A stretch of 40,650 nucleotides of DNA, taken from the IMG/VR virus record IMGVR_UViG_3300029305_001264. The stretch is one strand, 5' to 3'. Positions within the stretch are counted from its first letter, which is position 1; the number at the start of each line of letters is the position of its first letter. The notes beneath the pieces were generated by a model that worked only from the letters and a program-made list of their open reading frames with translations, was not told the origin of the DNA and ran no database searches. Below, one piece after another: positions 14,861-23,085 of the stretch. The translations under genes were made by a program, and so were the position numbers. Source of the stretch: a virus.

Positions 14861-15574
14861 ATGATCTATTTCGATATGCAAAAACCGCTGTCCTGGCTGA
14901 CGGATTCGGAAAAAGGGCGGCTGTTTGATGCCATCCTGCAATACGGTCAGACCGGGGAGGAGCCTGATTTTGAGGGGATGCTGGCGATGGCATGGAGCTT
15001 CATCCAGCCGAAACTTGATAAGGATCAGGCAGAATATGACAAGACCGTTTTAAAGCGGCAGTATGCCACCTGGTGCCGAAAAATGAAGCAGAGAGGATCG
15101 CCTGATCTGCCGTTTGATGAATGGGTGCTGCTAAGTGATGCGCAGAGGGATCACATGATATCACATGATATCACATGCAATCACATGATATCACATGATA
15201 TCACATGGTATCCAACTACAACTACAACCCCAACCACAGCTACAACCCCAACTACAACGGCAACCCCAACTACAACGGCAACTGCAAATACAACATCATC
15301 CACAACCACAGCCGCAGAGGAACCGGATGGTGCCTGCGCACCGGTAGGCGCTGCCGCGCCGAAGGATGATGATGAGAAAATGAAAATGCTGATGAATGAG
15401 ATCAGGGGGATGAATCTTTCGCAATTCCAGACCGATCTCTTACTGAACAAACTGGGGGTGGATATGTTTATCAATTACGCGAAGCGGCTGCGGGCTTCCA
15501 TTGCCAGCGGCAACGATCCGGGCAGCCATATGTCAACGATACTGTGGTGGTATGCTCAGGATCATGGGGCCTGA
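14861..15574 (+). CDS. Replisome-organiser / replication-initiator-like protein with internal origin repeats (alternative GTG start at 14843)
   Basis: The N-terminal LTDSEKGRLFDAILQYGQTGE resembles phage replisome-organiser N-domains. A poly-Thr/Pro linker separates two domains, and the iterons lie inside the gene. Confidence 0.6.
   Translation: MIYFDMQKPLSWLTDSEKGRLFDAILQYGQTGEEPDFEGMLAMAWSFIQPKLDKDQAEYDKTVLKRQYATWCRKMKQRGSPDLPFDEWVLLSDAQRDHMISHDITCNHMISHDITWYPTTTTTPTTATTPTTTATPTTTATANTTSSTTTAAEEPDGACAPVGAAAPKDDDEKMKMLMNEIRGMNLSQFQTDLLLNKLGVDMFINYAKRLRASIASGNDPGSHMSTILWWYAQDHGA
15151..15210 (+). repeat. Six tandem 10-bp iterons TCACATGATA (candidate origin of replication)
   Basis: Exact 10-bp period: TCACATGATA x2, TCACATGCAA, TCACATGATA x2, TCACATGGTA. 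An A+C-only stretch of about 100 nt follows. Confidence 0.9.
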
Positions 15575-15576
15575 AT

Positions 15577-15810
15577 ATGTCCAGCGGGTCTTACTGGCAG
15601 CAGGAGGTGCAATGCCCGTTTTACCGCCAGGATGACGGACGGAGCCGGATCCACTGTGAGTGGATGATCGCAAACAGCACGGTGAGCATCAATTTTCAGA
15701 GGAGGCCGGACTTCCGGACACAGATGAAGACTTTCTGCTGCGATAAATACAAGAACTGTGAGATTTTCAGAATGATCATGGAAAACAAATATGAGGAGGA
15801 TATGGAATGA
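15577..15810 (+). CDS. Cys-rich hypothetical protein (77 aa)
   Basis: ATG 15577. Cys-containing segments QCPFYRQDD...IHCEW...FCCDKYKNC. Confidence 0.5.
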   Translation: MSSGSYWQQEVQCPFYRQDDGRSRIHCEWMIANSTVSINFQRRPDFRTQMKTFCCDKYKNCEIFRMIMENKYEEDME

Positions 15811-15974
15811 GCTGCGATGATCTTATCGCTGTGGTGCCGGCGGAGCCGGACAGCCATTTCCGGCTGCTGGACTGCGGCTGCGGAGGGGATACTGCCTATG
15901 TACAAAAGGCGGACGGTTCCTGGGCGGTGCGCCGAGGCCGGTGTCGCTATTTGACCCGGGATATGGGAGGATGA
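15807..15974 (+). CDS. Small hypothetical protein (55 aa)
   Basis: ATGA coupling to the upstream gene. Motif LDCGCGGD. Below the ORF-track cut-off. Confidence 0.35.
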   Translation: MSCDDLIAVVPAEPDSHFRLLDCGCGGDTAYVQKADGSWAVRRGRCRYLTRDMGG

Positions 15975-16113
15975 TCTGATGGGATCTGTATTTTTAGTGC
16001 TGCTGGCAGTGCTTCGATGAAGATGCCAGGATCTACAGTGACATTTTTGAAATCGATGCGGAGGTCAAGTCCCATTCCGTGATCAATCAGAAGTACAGCG
16101 GGAGGGACTGACA

Positions 16114-16344
16114 ATGCCTGATAAGATCACAGAAGATCAGCTCGATGAGCTTTTGGACGCAAGAGATTACTTTGGAGCGGACAAGTTTGTTAAGCTGATG
16201 GCAGAATACACCGGGATTGTAGTTAAGACATACACAGGTTACCAGTATTTTGATGCTGCTGACAACTTTCTTGGTGACAGTGAGTGGAATAGTCTTCGGG
16301 ATATTCTTGAAGAAGCGGAAATAGAGGTGGTAGACAATGGCTGA
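16114..16344 (+). CDS. Acidic hypothetical protein (76 aa)
   Basis: GGGAGGG RBS. Confidence 0.55.
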   Translation: MPDKITEDQLDELLDARDYFGADKFVKLMAEYTGIVVKTYTGYQYFDAADNFLGDSEWNSLRDILEEAEIEVVDNG

Positions 16345-16645
16345 GAGTTGGCGGGAGGCCTGCTGGAGGGCGGAGCAGGAGGTGGCGGAGTATCGGGGGA
16401 CGATCATTCCTGCGATGGCGGAGAAGCTGCGGGAGTTGCGGCAGACCGCGGATGAGCTGGAGGAGGCGAACCGGAACCTGACACGGGAACTGCGGTTGGC
16501 GGAACGGGAACGGGATGTCGCCAGCCGGCTGATGATGTGGATGGAAAAGGAGCTGGAACTTACCATGGAGTTTATCCAAGACCAGGGGCTGGAATGGGCG
16601 CTGATGAGCTGGCTGGCGGGGACGGAAGACGAGCCGCCGTTTTGA
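16337..16645 (+). CDS. Coiled-coil hypothetical protein (102 aa)
   Basis: Overlaps the upstream gene by 8 nt. Confidence 0.55.
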   Translation: MAESWREACWRAEQEVAEYRGTIIPAMAEKLRELRQTADELEEANRNLTRELRLAERERDVASRLMMWMEKELELTMEFIQDQGLEWALMSWLAGTEDEPPF

Positions 16646-16650
16646 GGATG

Positions 16651-16680
16651 CGGGCGGGTCATGCCCCGCCCCTACAGAAA
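16651..16680 (+). repeat. GC palindrome element E, copy 2
   Basis: CGGGCGGGTCATGCCCCGCCCCTACAGAAA. Lies between a stop codon and the next RBS. Confidence 0.8.
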
Positions 16681-16682
16681 GG

Positions 16683-17096
16683 ATGGATGATTTGGGCAAT
16701 CCGAAGGTGGCAATGCGGGCGGAGATCGAGGCGAAGCTTGCGGCCAAGTATGAAAAAAAGCTCCGGGAGATGGAGCGGCTGTTTGAGGAACGGCTGGCCA
16801 TGGAACGGCTGAATTTCCTGAAGAAGCTCCGGATGGCTATGCAGCAGAGCTGTGACGGCGCTGTGATGGCGGCTGAGGATGTGTTCAGCTGCACGGAGGA
16901 GCAGGCGGTGGAATTTATTGCCGCCCACATGGAGAATGTGAACAAGATGAGCCATATGGCGGTGGTGGAGGATAAGGATGACCCGGATATGTGGTGGACC
17001 AAGGACAGCGTCGACCGAAGGATCCGCAGGATCGTGGGGGAGAAAAACTTCCAGCCCTGGGATCAGCGATATGACTATGAGGAGGAAACGGAATGA
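16683..17096 (+). CDS. Hypothetical protein (137 aa)
   Basis: AAAGGA RBS. ATGA coupling to the next ORF. Confidence 0.55.
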   Translation: MDDLGNPKVAMRAEIEAKLAAKYEKKLREMERLFEERLAMERLNFLKKLRMAMQQSCDGAVMAAEDVFSCTEEQAVEFIAAHMENVNKMSHMAVVEDKDDPDMWWTKDSVDRRIRRIVGEKNFQPWDQRYDYEEETE

Positions 17097-17275
17097 CAGA
17101 CCAGGAACGGGAGATGACCTATACCAACGCACTGGTCCGGTACGGTGAGGAGAATCAGCTTGTGGTGGCCATCGAGGAGCTGAGTGAGCTGCAGAAAGAG
17201 GTCACGAAATTCCTCCGGGGTATCGGCAATGCCGGGAATCTGGCGGAGGAGACAGCGGATGTGCTGATATGCTGA
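17093..17275 (+). CDS. MazG-like NTP pyrophosphohydrolase fragment, apparently C-terminally truncated (60 aa)
   Basis: AIEELSELQKEV...LAEETADVLIC matches the EExxE...EExxD helix pair of small phage MazG-like proteins. The ORF stops right after the second motif, and hairpin copy D follows. Confidence 0.4.
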   Translation: MTDQEREMTYTNALVRYGEENQLVVAIEELSELQKEVTKFLRGIGNAGNLAEETADVLIC

Positions 17276-17312
17276 GAAAGGAGGCGCTGGCTTCCGGATC
17301 AAAAAACCAACC

Positions 17313-17348
17313 GGGGGATTGCCACGGGGCTTCGCCCCTCGCAATGAC
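17313..17348 (+). repeat. Conserved-flank hairpin element, copy D
   Basis: GGGGGATTGCCAC-ggggc(ttc)gcccc-TCGCAATGACC. Confidence 0.8.
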
Positions 17349-17366
17349 CAGAAAGGGAGAAACTGC

Positions 17367-17762
17367 ATGAGAGATTATGAGCCGGACAATCTGGTGATGG
17401 ATTGCCGGAGGGCTATGGAGCTGGGGTATGGGGTCCATTACGGGCACTACAAGGCGGACCACCCCCACACAAGGGACACCTCCCTGGACCCGGAACCTGA
17501 GCACAAATATCCGGAGCGGGAGTGCAAAAACTGCGGGGAGCCATTCCGGCCCCACAGAGGAGACCAGATATACTGCTGCGAGGAGTGCAGAATTGAATAC
17601 AACCGGCTGCATACAATGAAAAACCCCAACAGGGCACGGCAAAAGTTTTGCAGAAGGTGCGGAAAACCCATTACCGATCCGAAGCAGCGGGTGTTTTGCG
17701 GCAAGGTGTGCCTCTACAGCTATGACCAGGAGCGGAGACACCGGAAGAAAAAGGAATCATGA
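17367..17762 (+). CDS. Double zinc-ribbon protein (131 aa), last gene before the late operon
   Basis: ATG 17367 after AAGGGAG. Cys pairs CKNCGEPF...YCCEEC and CRRCGKPI...FCGKVC. Confidence 0.6.
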   Translation: MRDYEPDNLVMDCRRAMELGYGVHYGHYKADHPHTRDTSLDPEPEHKYPERECKNCGEPFRPHRGDQIYCCEECRIEYNRLHTMKNPNRARQKFCRRCGKPITDPKQRVFCGKVCLYSYDQERRHRKKKES

Positions 17763-17763
17763 A

Positions 17764-17789
17764 AGAGGGGGCTTCGGCCTCCTCTTTTT
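17764..17789 (+). terminator. Rho-independent terminator
   Basis: 9-bp stem agagggggc/gcctcctct with a TTCG loop, followed by TTTTT, 2 nt after the stop codon. Confidence 0.8.
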
Positions 17790-17796
17790 GCATGTA

Positions 17797-17848
17797 CCCT
17801 CTCAGTCACGGCATGCGCCGTGCCAGCTCTCCCAGAGGGAGAGCCATG
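17797..17848 (+). repeat. 52-bp structured repeat F, copy 2
   Basis: Identical to 9670-9721. A partial third copy (tccctgagggagagcc) lies at 17884-17899. Confidence 0.85.
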
Positions 17849-17921
17849 GGTGGTTGGCCTCCGAAACGCGCCTGCGGGCGCAGTCCCTGAGGGAGAGCCT
17901 TATAAGCCCTGGTGTGGCAGG

Positions 17922-17960
17922 GTGCGGGGATAGAGAAGGCGGGGCGGGATTTGGTATGAT
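17922..17960 (+). promoter_or_regulatory. Box-promoter copy 2: GTGCGGGGATAGAGAA-N17-TATGAT (late operon)
   Basis: Box at 17922-17937. Extended -10 TGgTATGAT ends at 17960, 22 nt before the terS start. Confidence 0.55.
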
Positions 17961-17981
17961 GGTGGCAAAGGAGGGAGGCTT

Positions 17982-18575
17982 GTGGGCGCTGACTGGATCG
18001 CCATGAGGGCGGAATACATAACCACAGACACCAGCTACCGCAAGCTGGCGGAGAAATACGGAGTGAGCGGGACTCAGGTGAGCAACCGTGGGAAGGCGGA
18101 GAAGTGGCCGGAGGAGCGGGAGCGGTATTTGAGCAATGTTTTGGCAAAATCGGTCGCTAAGAGCGAACGGAAGAAGGCTGACCAGATGGCCAGGATCGAC
18201 CGGGTGACGGACAAGCTGCTGGATAAGCTGGAGAAGGCTGTGGAAGAGCTGGAGATCCATCTGGTGACCAATACCCGGAAGGAAAAGGTCATTGAATACA
18301 ACAATTCCCTGCGGCCGGACAAGCCCACGAAGGAGACCATTCTGGAGAACGAGGAGATCGTTCAGGTGGTGGGAATCGTGGACAAGGCGGGGCTGCGGCA
18401 GATCACCGCGGCGCTCCGGGATATTAAGGAGATCAAAATGCTGCGCACTGCCCTGGATGAGCGGGAGCAGAAGGCCCGAATCGACAACCTGGAACGGCAG
18501 GCAAGCAAAGAGGAACAGCGCCGGGAGGCTGTGGAGGTCATTCTGGACGGCGGTCTGGAGGATTATGTGGGATGA
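17982..18575 (+). CDS. terS: Terminase small subunit
   Basis: GTG start after AAGGAGGGAGG. N-terminal HTH YRKLAEKYGVSGTQVSNRGKAEKW. Directly upstream of terL. Confidence 0.7.
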   Translation: MGADWIAMRAEYITTDTSYRKLAEKYGVSGTQVSNRGKAEKWPEERERYLSNVLAKSVAKSERKKADQMARIDRVTDKLLDKLEKAVEELEIHLVTNTRKEKVIEYNNSLRPDKPTKETILENEEIVQVVGIVDKAGLRQITAALRDIKEIKMLRTALDEREQKARIDNLERQASKEEQRREAVEVILDGGLEDYVG

Positions 18576-18590
18576 CGGAGGGATGACGGT

Positions 18591-20027
18591 ATGCCGAAAA
18601 TGGTGATTCAGAGGCCCTCTGACAAGCAGGACCGGTTTCTGAGGGCGAAAGCCAAGCATGTGGGATTCGGAGGGGCCCGAGGCGGCGGCAAGAGCTGGGC
18701 GGTGAGAGCAAAGGCAAAGCTGCTGTCGGTCCATTACGCAGGAATCAAATGCCTGATCGTGCGAAAAACCCATCAGGAGCTCATCAACAACCATGTGAAT
18801 CCGCTGCGGCAGGAACTGCATGGGATCGCTAGGTACAACAAGCAGGAGAAGTGTTTCTTTTTTCCCAATGGAAGCACCATCAAATTCGGTTACTGCGCCT
18901 GCGATGGAGATCTGGAGCAGTACCAGGGCGCTGAGTACGATGTGATATTCCTGGATGAGGCTACCAACCTCCGTGAGGAATGGATCAAGAAGATCACGGC
19001 GTGTCTGCGCGGTGTCAACGATTTTCCCAAGCGGATCTACTACACCTTCAACCCCGGCGGGGTGAGTCACGGGTATTTCAAGCGGCTCTTTATCGACCGG
19101 CGGTTTGAAAACGGGGAAAACCCGGAGGACTATGTGTTCATCCAGAGCCTGGTGACGGACAACAAGGCGCTGATGGAAAGCCAGCCGGACTACATCCGGC
19201 AGCTGGAGGCACTGCCGCCGAAGCTGCGGGAGGCATGGCTGTACGGCCGGTGGGATATCTACGAAGGGCAGTTTTTTGAGGAATTCCGGGTTGAGCCTGA
19301 CGGGAAGAAGTGCCTGGATGCCGGCATCAGCATTGAGGAGGCACGGGAGCAGGGACGGTGGACCCATGTGATCGAGCCGCTGGATCTGACCGCCGGTGAC
19401 AAGCGTGGATGGCAGATCTACAGAAGCTATGACTTTGGTTATGCCAAGCCCTTCAGCTGCGCATGGTGGGCCATTGATTATGATGGGACGCTTTACCGGA
19501 TCCTGGAGCTGTACGGCTGGAACGGGACACCCAACGAAGGAAGCAAGTGGACACCGGATCAGCAGTTTGATGAGATCGCCAAGGTGGAGCGGAACCACCC
19601 ATGGCTGAGGGGAAAACGGATTATGGGTGTGGCTGACCCGGCGATCTGGGATGCCAGCCGGGGTGACAGCATCGCGGACACCGCTGCCAAGTATGGGCTG
19701 TTCTTTGAGCCGGGTGACCATGAGCGGATCGCAGGCTGGATGCAGTGCCATTACCGGCTGCAGTTTGACGATAACGGCTACGCACGGATGTATGTATTTT
19801 CCAACTGCACGGAGTTTATACGGACAATCCCGCTGCAGATGTACGATGACAAAAAGGTGGAGGATCTGGACACGGACATGGAGGACCACATCGCTGACGA
19901 ATGGCGGTATATGTGCATGACGAGACCCATCAAGCCGCTGCGGCCAATTGAGCGCAGGACGATCCTCAATGACCCGCTGAACCAGTTCAAAAACTCCCGG
20001 GACGGGGGATTTAATAATTGGAGGTAA
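18591..20027 (+). CDS. terL: Terminase large subunit
   Basis: Walker A FGGARGGGKSWA and Walker B-like YDVIFLDEA, with a C-terminal nuclease-type region. 478 aa. Confidence 0.9.
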   Translation: MPKMVIQRPSDKQDRFLRAKAKHVGFGGARGGGKSWAVRAKAKLLSVHYAGIKCLIVRKTHQELINNHVNPLRQELHGIARYNKQEKCFFFPNGSTIKFGYCACDGDLEQYQGAEYDVIFLDEATNLREEWIKKITACLRGVNDFPKRIYYTFNPGGVSHGYFKRLFIDRRFENGENPEDYVFIQSLVTDNKALMESQPDYIRQLEALPPKLREAWLYGRWDIYEGQFFEEFRVEPDGKKCLDAGISIEEAREQGRWTHVIEPLDLTAGDKRGWQIYRSYDFGYAKPFSCAWWAIDYDGTLYRILELYGWNGTPNEGSKWTPDQQFDEIAKVERNHPWLRGKRIMGVADPAIWDASRGDSIADTAAKYGLFFEPGDHERIAGWMQCHYRLQFDDNGYARMYVFSNCTEFIRTIPLQMYDDKKVEDLDTDMEDHIADEWRYMCMTRPIKPLRPIERRTILNDPLNQFKNSRDGGFNNWR

Positions 20028-20033
20028 TGAAAT

Positions 20034-20501
20034 ATGGCAAGTGAAACCTTTCTGAGAGTGATTCCCAGCGGAAGCGACCCCTGGGTGGCTGTGATCAACG
20101 GGGAAAAGTACATGTATCCCGCAGGGACGGAGCAGTATGTGCCCGCTGAGGTGGCTGTGCTGATCGATGCCCAGGAGCGGCATGAGCAGCCTAAGTATCC
20201 TCCCGCGCAGGGCGATGGCGGTGGTGCCGGTGGTGATATGCTGGTTACCATCACGGCTGTTGCTGCGATGGATGCGGAAGCCGATCCGCAGTATGTGGCA
20301 GATAAGACCTTTGCAGAGATTGAATCTGCTGTCAATGCTGGTAAGAATGTGCGAGTGAAATACACATATGATGGGTTTGATATGTACGCACCTTTGGTAT
20401 CTTATGTGCACGATGTGCAATCGTTTGTATTTCAGTCCACTGATGCTGGACTTCGTGCTTTTATCGAGCCCAATGTTGTATTTTGTGAAGTCATTAATTA
20501 A
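20034..20501 (+). CDS. Hypothetical protein (155 aa)
   Basis: GGAGG RBS. Lies between terL and the portal gene. Confidence 0.55.
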   Translation: MASETFLRVIPSGSDPWVAVINGEKYMYPAGTEQYVPAEVAVLIDAQERHEQPKYPPAQGDGGGAGGDMLVTITAVAAMDAEADPQYVADKTFAEIESAVNAGKNVRVKYTYDGFDMYAPLVSYVHDVQSFVFQSTDAGLRAFIEPNVVFCEVIN

Positions 20502-20554
20502 CCCCGGTTGACAGATATGGCACTGCCCACAGGGGCGGTGGATAGGAGGAATAT

Positions 20555-22765
20555 ATGAAAAACGATAAGAAGCCCGCTTTTGACGCGCGGCGGAGACGGG
20601 AGGAAGAGCCCGGCCCTGCCGGGAAAGGGGCTGAGGCTCAGCAAATGATGAGCAACACGGCGCCGCTTCAGAGAGGCGGTATGCCGGGGAGAAATACCGC
20701 TGAGCCGGTGATGCCTGGAGCGCAGGGGGCGCGGCCTGAGATGGGCGGCGGTGCCGGCAGGCAGGAGATGCCCCGGATCACCAGCATGGCCGGGATGGAG
20801 GAGCAAGCCCAGAAGCCCAGCCTGATCGGAGCGGAACAGGTGCGGGAATTCCGGCTGATCCTGAACAAGTACAAATCCGGCACCAACAATACCAAGCAGC
20901 GGATCATTGCCAGCGAAAACTGGTGGAAGCTGCGGAACACCGCGGAGGAGCAGAAGAAGACCAATGTGGGTGCTGACGGAGGCTTTACCAGTCAGAGCGC
21001 ATGGCTGCACAATGTGATCGTGAGCAAGCATGCCGATGCCATGGAGAGCTATCCTGAGCCCAACATCCTGCCCAGAGAGGAGAGCGACAAACAGGAAGCA
21101 AAGATGCTTTCTTCCATTGTCCCCTGCATTCTGGAGCAGAACAACTTTGAAACGGTTTACTCTGATGCCATGTGGCAGAAGTGCAAGAGCGGCACGGGCT
21201 GCTACAAGGTGGTATGGGACAAGGACAAGCTGAACGGCATGGGGGATATTTCCATTTTCAAGGCGAACATTCTGAACCTTTACTGGGAGCCGGGTGTGAC
21301 GGATATTCAGCAGAGCCGGTATCTTTTCTTCGTGGAGATGGAGAGCAAGGAGGTACTGGAGGAGCAGTACCCCGGCATCAAGGACAAGCTGAAAAATGCC
21401 GATGTGATCAACAGCCGGTATGCTTACGATGACACGGTATCCAGCGAGGACAAGGTATCCGTCATTGAGGTGTACTACCGCCGGTTCCGGGATGGGAAAA
21501 CGGTGCTGCACTACTGCAAATTCGTAGGCGAAGAGGTGCTGTACGCCACCGAGAATGAGCTGATGCCCGTGACGGATGACTACGGTCAGCCCATTAGAAA
21601 GAGCATGGCGGAAGCGGGACTGTATGACCACGGTATGTATCCGTACATACTGGATCCGCTGTATCCCATTGAGGGCAGCCCCTGCGGCTACGGCTATGTG
21701 GATGTGTGCAAAAATCCCCAGACGGAGATTGATCTGATGAAGACCGGCTTCGTGAAGAATGCCATGGTGGGCGCTATCCCCAGGTTTTTCAGCCAGCAGG
21801 ATGGCAATGTGAATGAAAACGAGCTGCTGGATCTGAGCCGGCCCATCGTCCATGTGAACGGGCGGGTGGATGAAGCCAGTCTGCGGCAGATCAATTTTAA
21901 TCAGCTGCCGGGTGTGTATGTAAACATGATGGACAGAACCATCCAGGAGCTCCGGGAGACCACGGGCAACACGGAGACCTCCACCGGTACGGCAAGCGGT
22001 GTTACCGCCGCCAGCGCCATCGCCGCTCTGCAGGAGGCCAGCGGCAAGGGCAGCCGGGATGCTACCCAGGCCAGCTACCGGGCTTACACCAAGATCGTGA
22101 CCATGGTGATCGAACTGGTGCGGCAGTTTTACGACATGCCCCGGAAGTTCCGGATCCTGGGGGAAATGGGGCAGGAGCAGTTTGTTACCTACACCAATCA
22201 GGCGCTGAAGCCGCAGCCTCAGGGAAATGCCTTTGGCATGGATATGGGCATGCGGCGGCCGGAATTTGACATCAAGGTAAGCGCTCAGAAGAAGAATGTG
22301 TATACCAAGGTGAGCCAGAATGAGCTGGCGCTGCAGTTCTTCAAGATGGGATTCTTTAACCCGCAGCTTTGCGATCAGGCCATGATGTGCCTGGAGATGA
22401 TGGATTTTGATGGCAAGGACAGCGTGATGCAGAAGGTGCAGAAGCTGGGCGGCATGATGCAGCTGCTGCAGACGGCACTTCCGCTTGCTATGATGGCGGC
22501 CATGCAGCAGAATCCCATGCTGGCGCAGCAGCTGATGATGCAGGCGCAGCAGATGGGGATCCCGGTGGGAATGCCCGGTATGGCTCCCGGAATGGCTCCA
22601 GCAAAGGGCGTCGAAGGGAATGTGTCGCTCCCGGAGAGTGACAATATTGCAGGGCTGAAAAAAAAGGAGCACGGCATCGTGCGCAATGCCAGACAGAAGG
22701 CCCTGGATTCCAGCCAGCCCGAAACCGGTAAGGTCATCAGGAAAGAGGAGGAGCGGAAGGGATGA
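20555..22765 (+). CDS. Portal protein (736 aa)
   Basis: Assigned by position after the terminase and by size. Met/Gln-rich C-terminal tail. Confidence 0.7.
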   Translation: MKNDKKPAFDARRRREEEPGPAGKGAEAQQMMSNTAPLQRGGMPGRNTAEPVMPGAQGARPEMGGGAGRQEMPRITSMAGMEEQAQKPSLIGAEQVREFRLILNKYKSGTNNTKQRIIASENWWKLRNTAEEQKKTNVGADGGFTSQSAWLHNVIVSKHADAMESYPEPNILPREESDKQEAKMLSSIVPCILEQNNFETVYSDAMWQKCKSGTGCYKVVWDKDKLNGMGDISIFKANILNLYWEPGVTDIQQSRYLFFVEMESKEVLEEQYPGIKDKLKNADVINSRYAYDDTVSSEDKVSVIEVYYRRFRDGKTVLHYCKFVGEEVLYATENELMPVTDDYGQPIRKSMAEAGLYDHGMYPYILDPLYPIEGSPCGYGYVDVCKNPQTEIDLMKTGFVKNAMVGAIPRFFSQQDGNVNENELLDLSRPIVHVNGRVDEASLRQINFNQLPGVYVNMMDRTIQELRETTGNTETSTGTASGVTAASAIAALQEASGKGSRDATQASYRAYTKIVTMVIELVRQFYDMPRKFRILGEMGQEQFVTYTNQALKPQPQGNAFGMDMGMRRPEFDIKVSAQKKNVYTKVSQNELALQFFKMGFFNPQLCDQAMMCLEMMDFDGKDSVMQKVQKLGGMMQLLQTALPLAMMAAMQQNPMLAQQLMMQAQQMGIPVGMPGMAPGMAPAKGVEGNVSLPESDNIAGLKKKEHGIVRNARQKALDSSQPETGKVIRKEEERKG

Positions 22766-23085
22766 TCGAAGTTACCTACTGGAAGGATAGGCACCGGGTA
22801 AGAATCACCGGTCACGCGCACTCCGGGGAGGAAGGAAAGGATCTGGTATGCGCCGGGGCATCCACCCTGGCGGTGACGCTGGGGGCAAATGTCCGTTTCC
22901 TGAATGAGAAGGGCTATGCCAGGGATATCATCGTGGAGCTGGAGAAGGGAGATGCTCTGATCCAGTGCAGTCCCCTGCGGAAATACAGCCAGAGTGTGGG
23001 ACAGATCTTCCGCAGTGTTTGCGTGGGATTTGAGATGCTGGCGGCGCAGTATCCGGAGTATATTTCCTATGAAGTCCGGGGATAG
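22762..23085 (+). CDS. prp: Prp-family (ribosomal-processing) cysteine protease homologue
   Basis: 107 aa with the His/Cys dyad context ITGHAHSGEEGKDLVCAGAST, typical of Prp/YsxB proteins. Confidence 0.8.
   Translation: MIEVTYWKDRHRVRITGHAHSGEEGKDLVCAGASTLAVTLGANVRFLNEKGYARDIIVELEKGDALIQCSPLRKYSQSVGQIFRSVCVGFEMLAAQYPEYISYEVRG

Noticed and set aside
17802-20420. Very long antisense ORFs: 17802-20420 (872 aa), 22375-25200 (941 aa), 28794-32204 (1136 aa), 33195-34913, 35271-37364, 37824-39668, 20498-22672 and 11457-13265, all on the - strand
   Set aside because: They lie opposite well-supported + strand genes (terminase, portal, capsid, giant ORF). They lack RBSs and have His/Leu/Pro/Arg/Gly-rich, non-protein-like composition. 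Stop-poor antisense frames are expected in GC-rich coding DNA.
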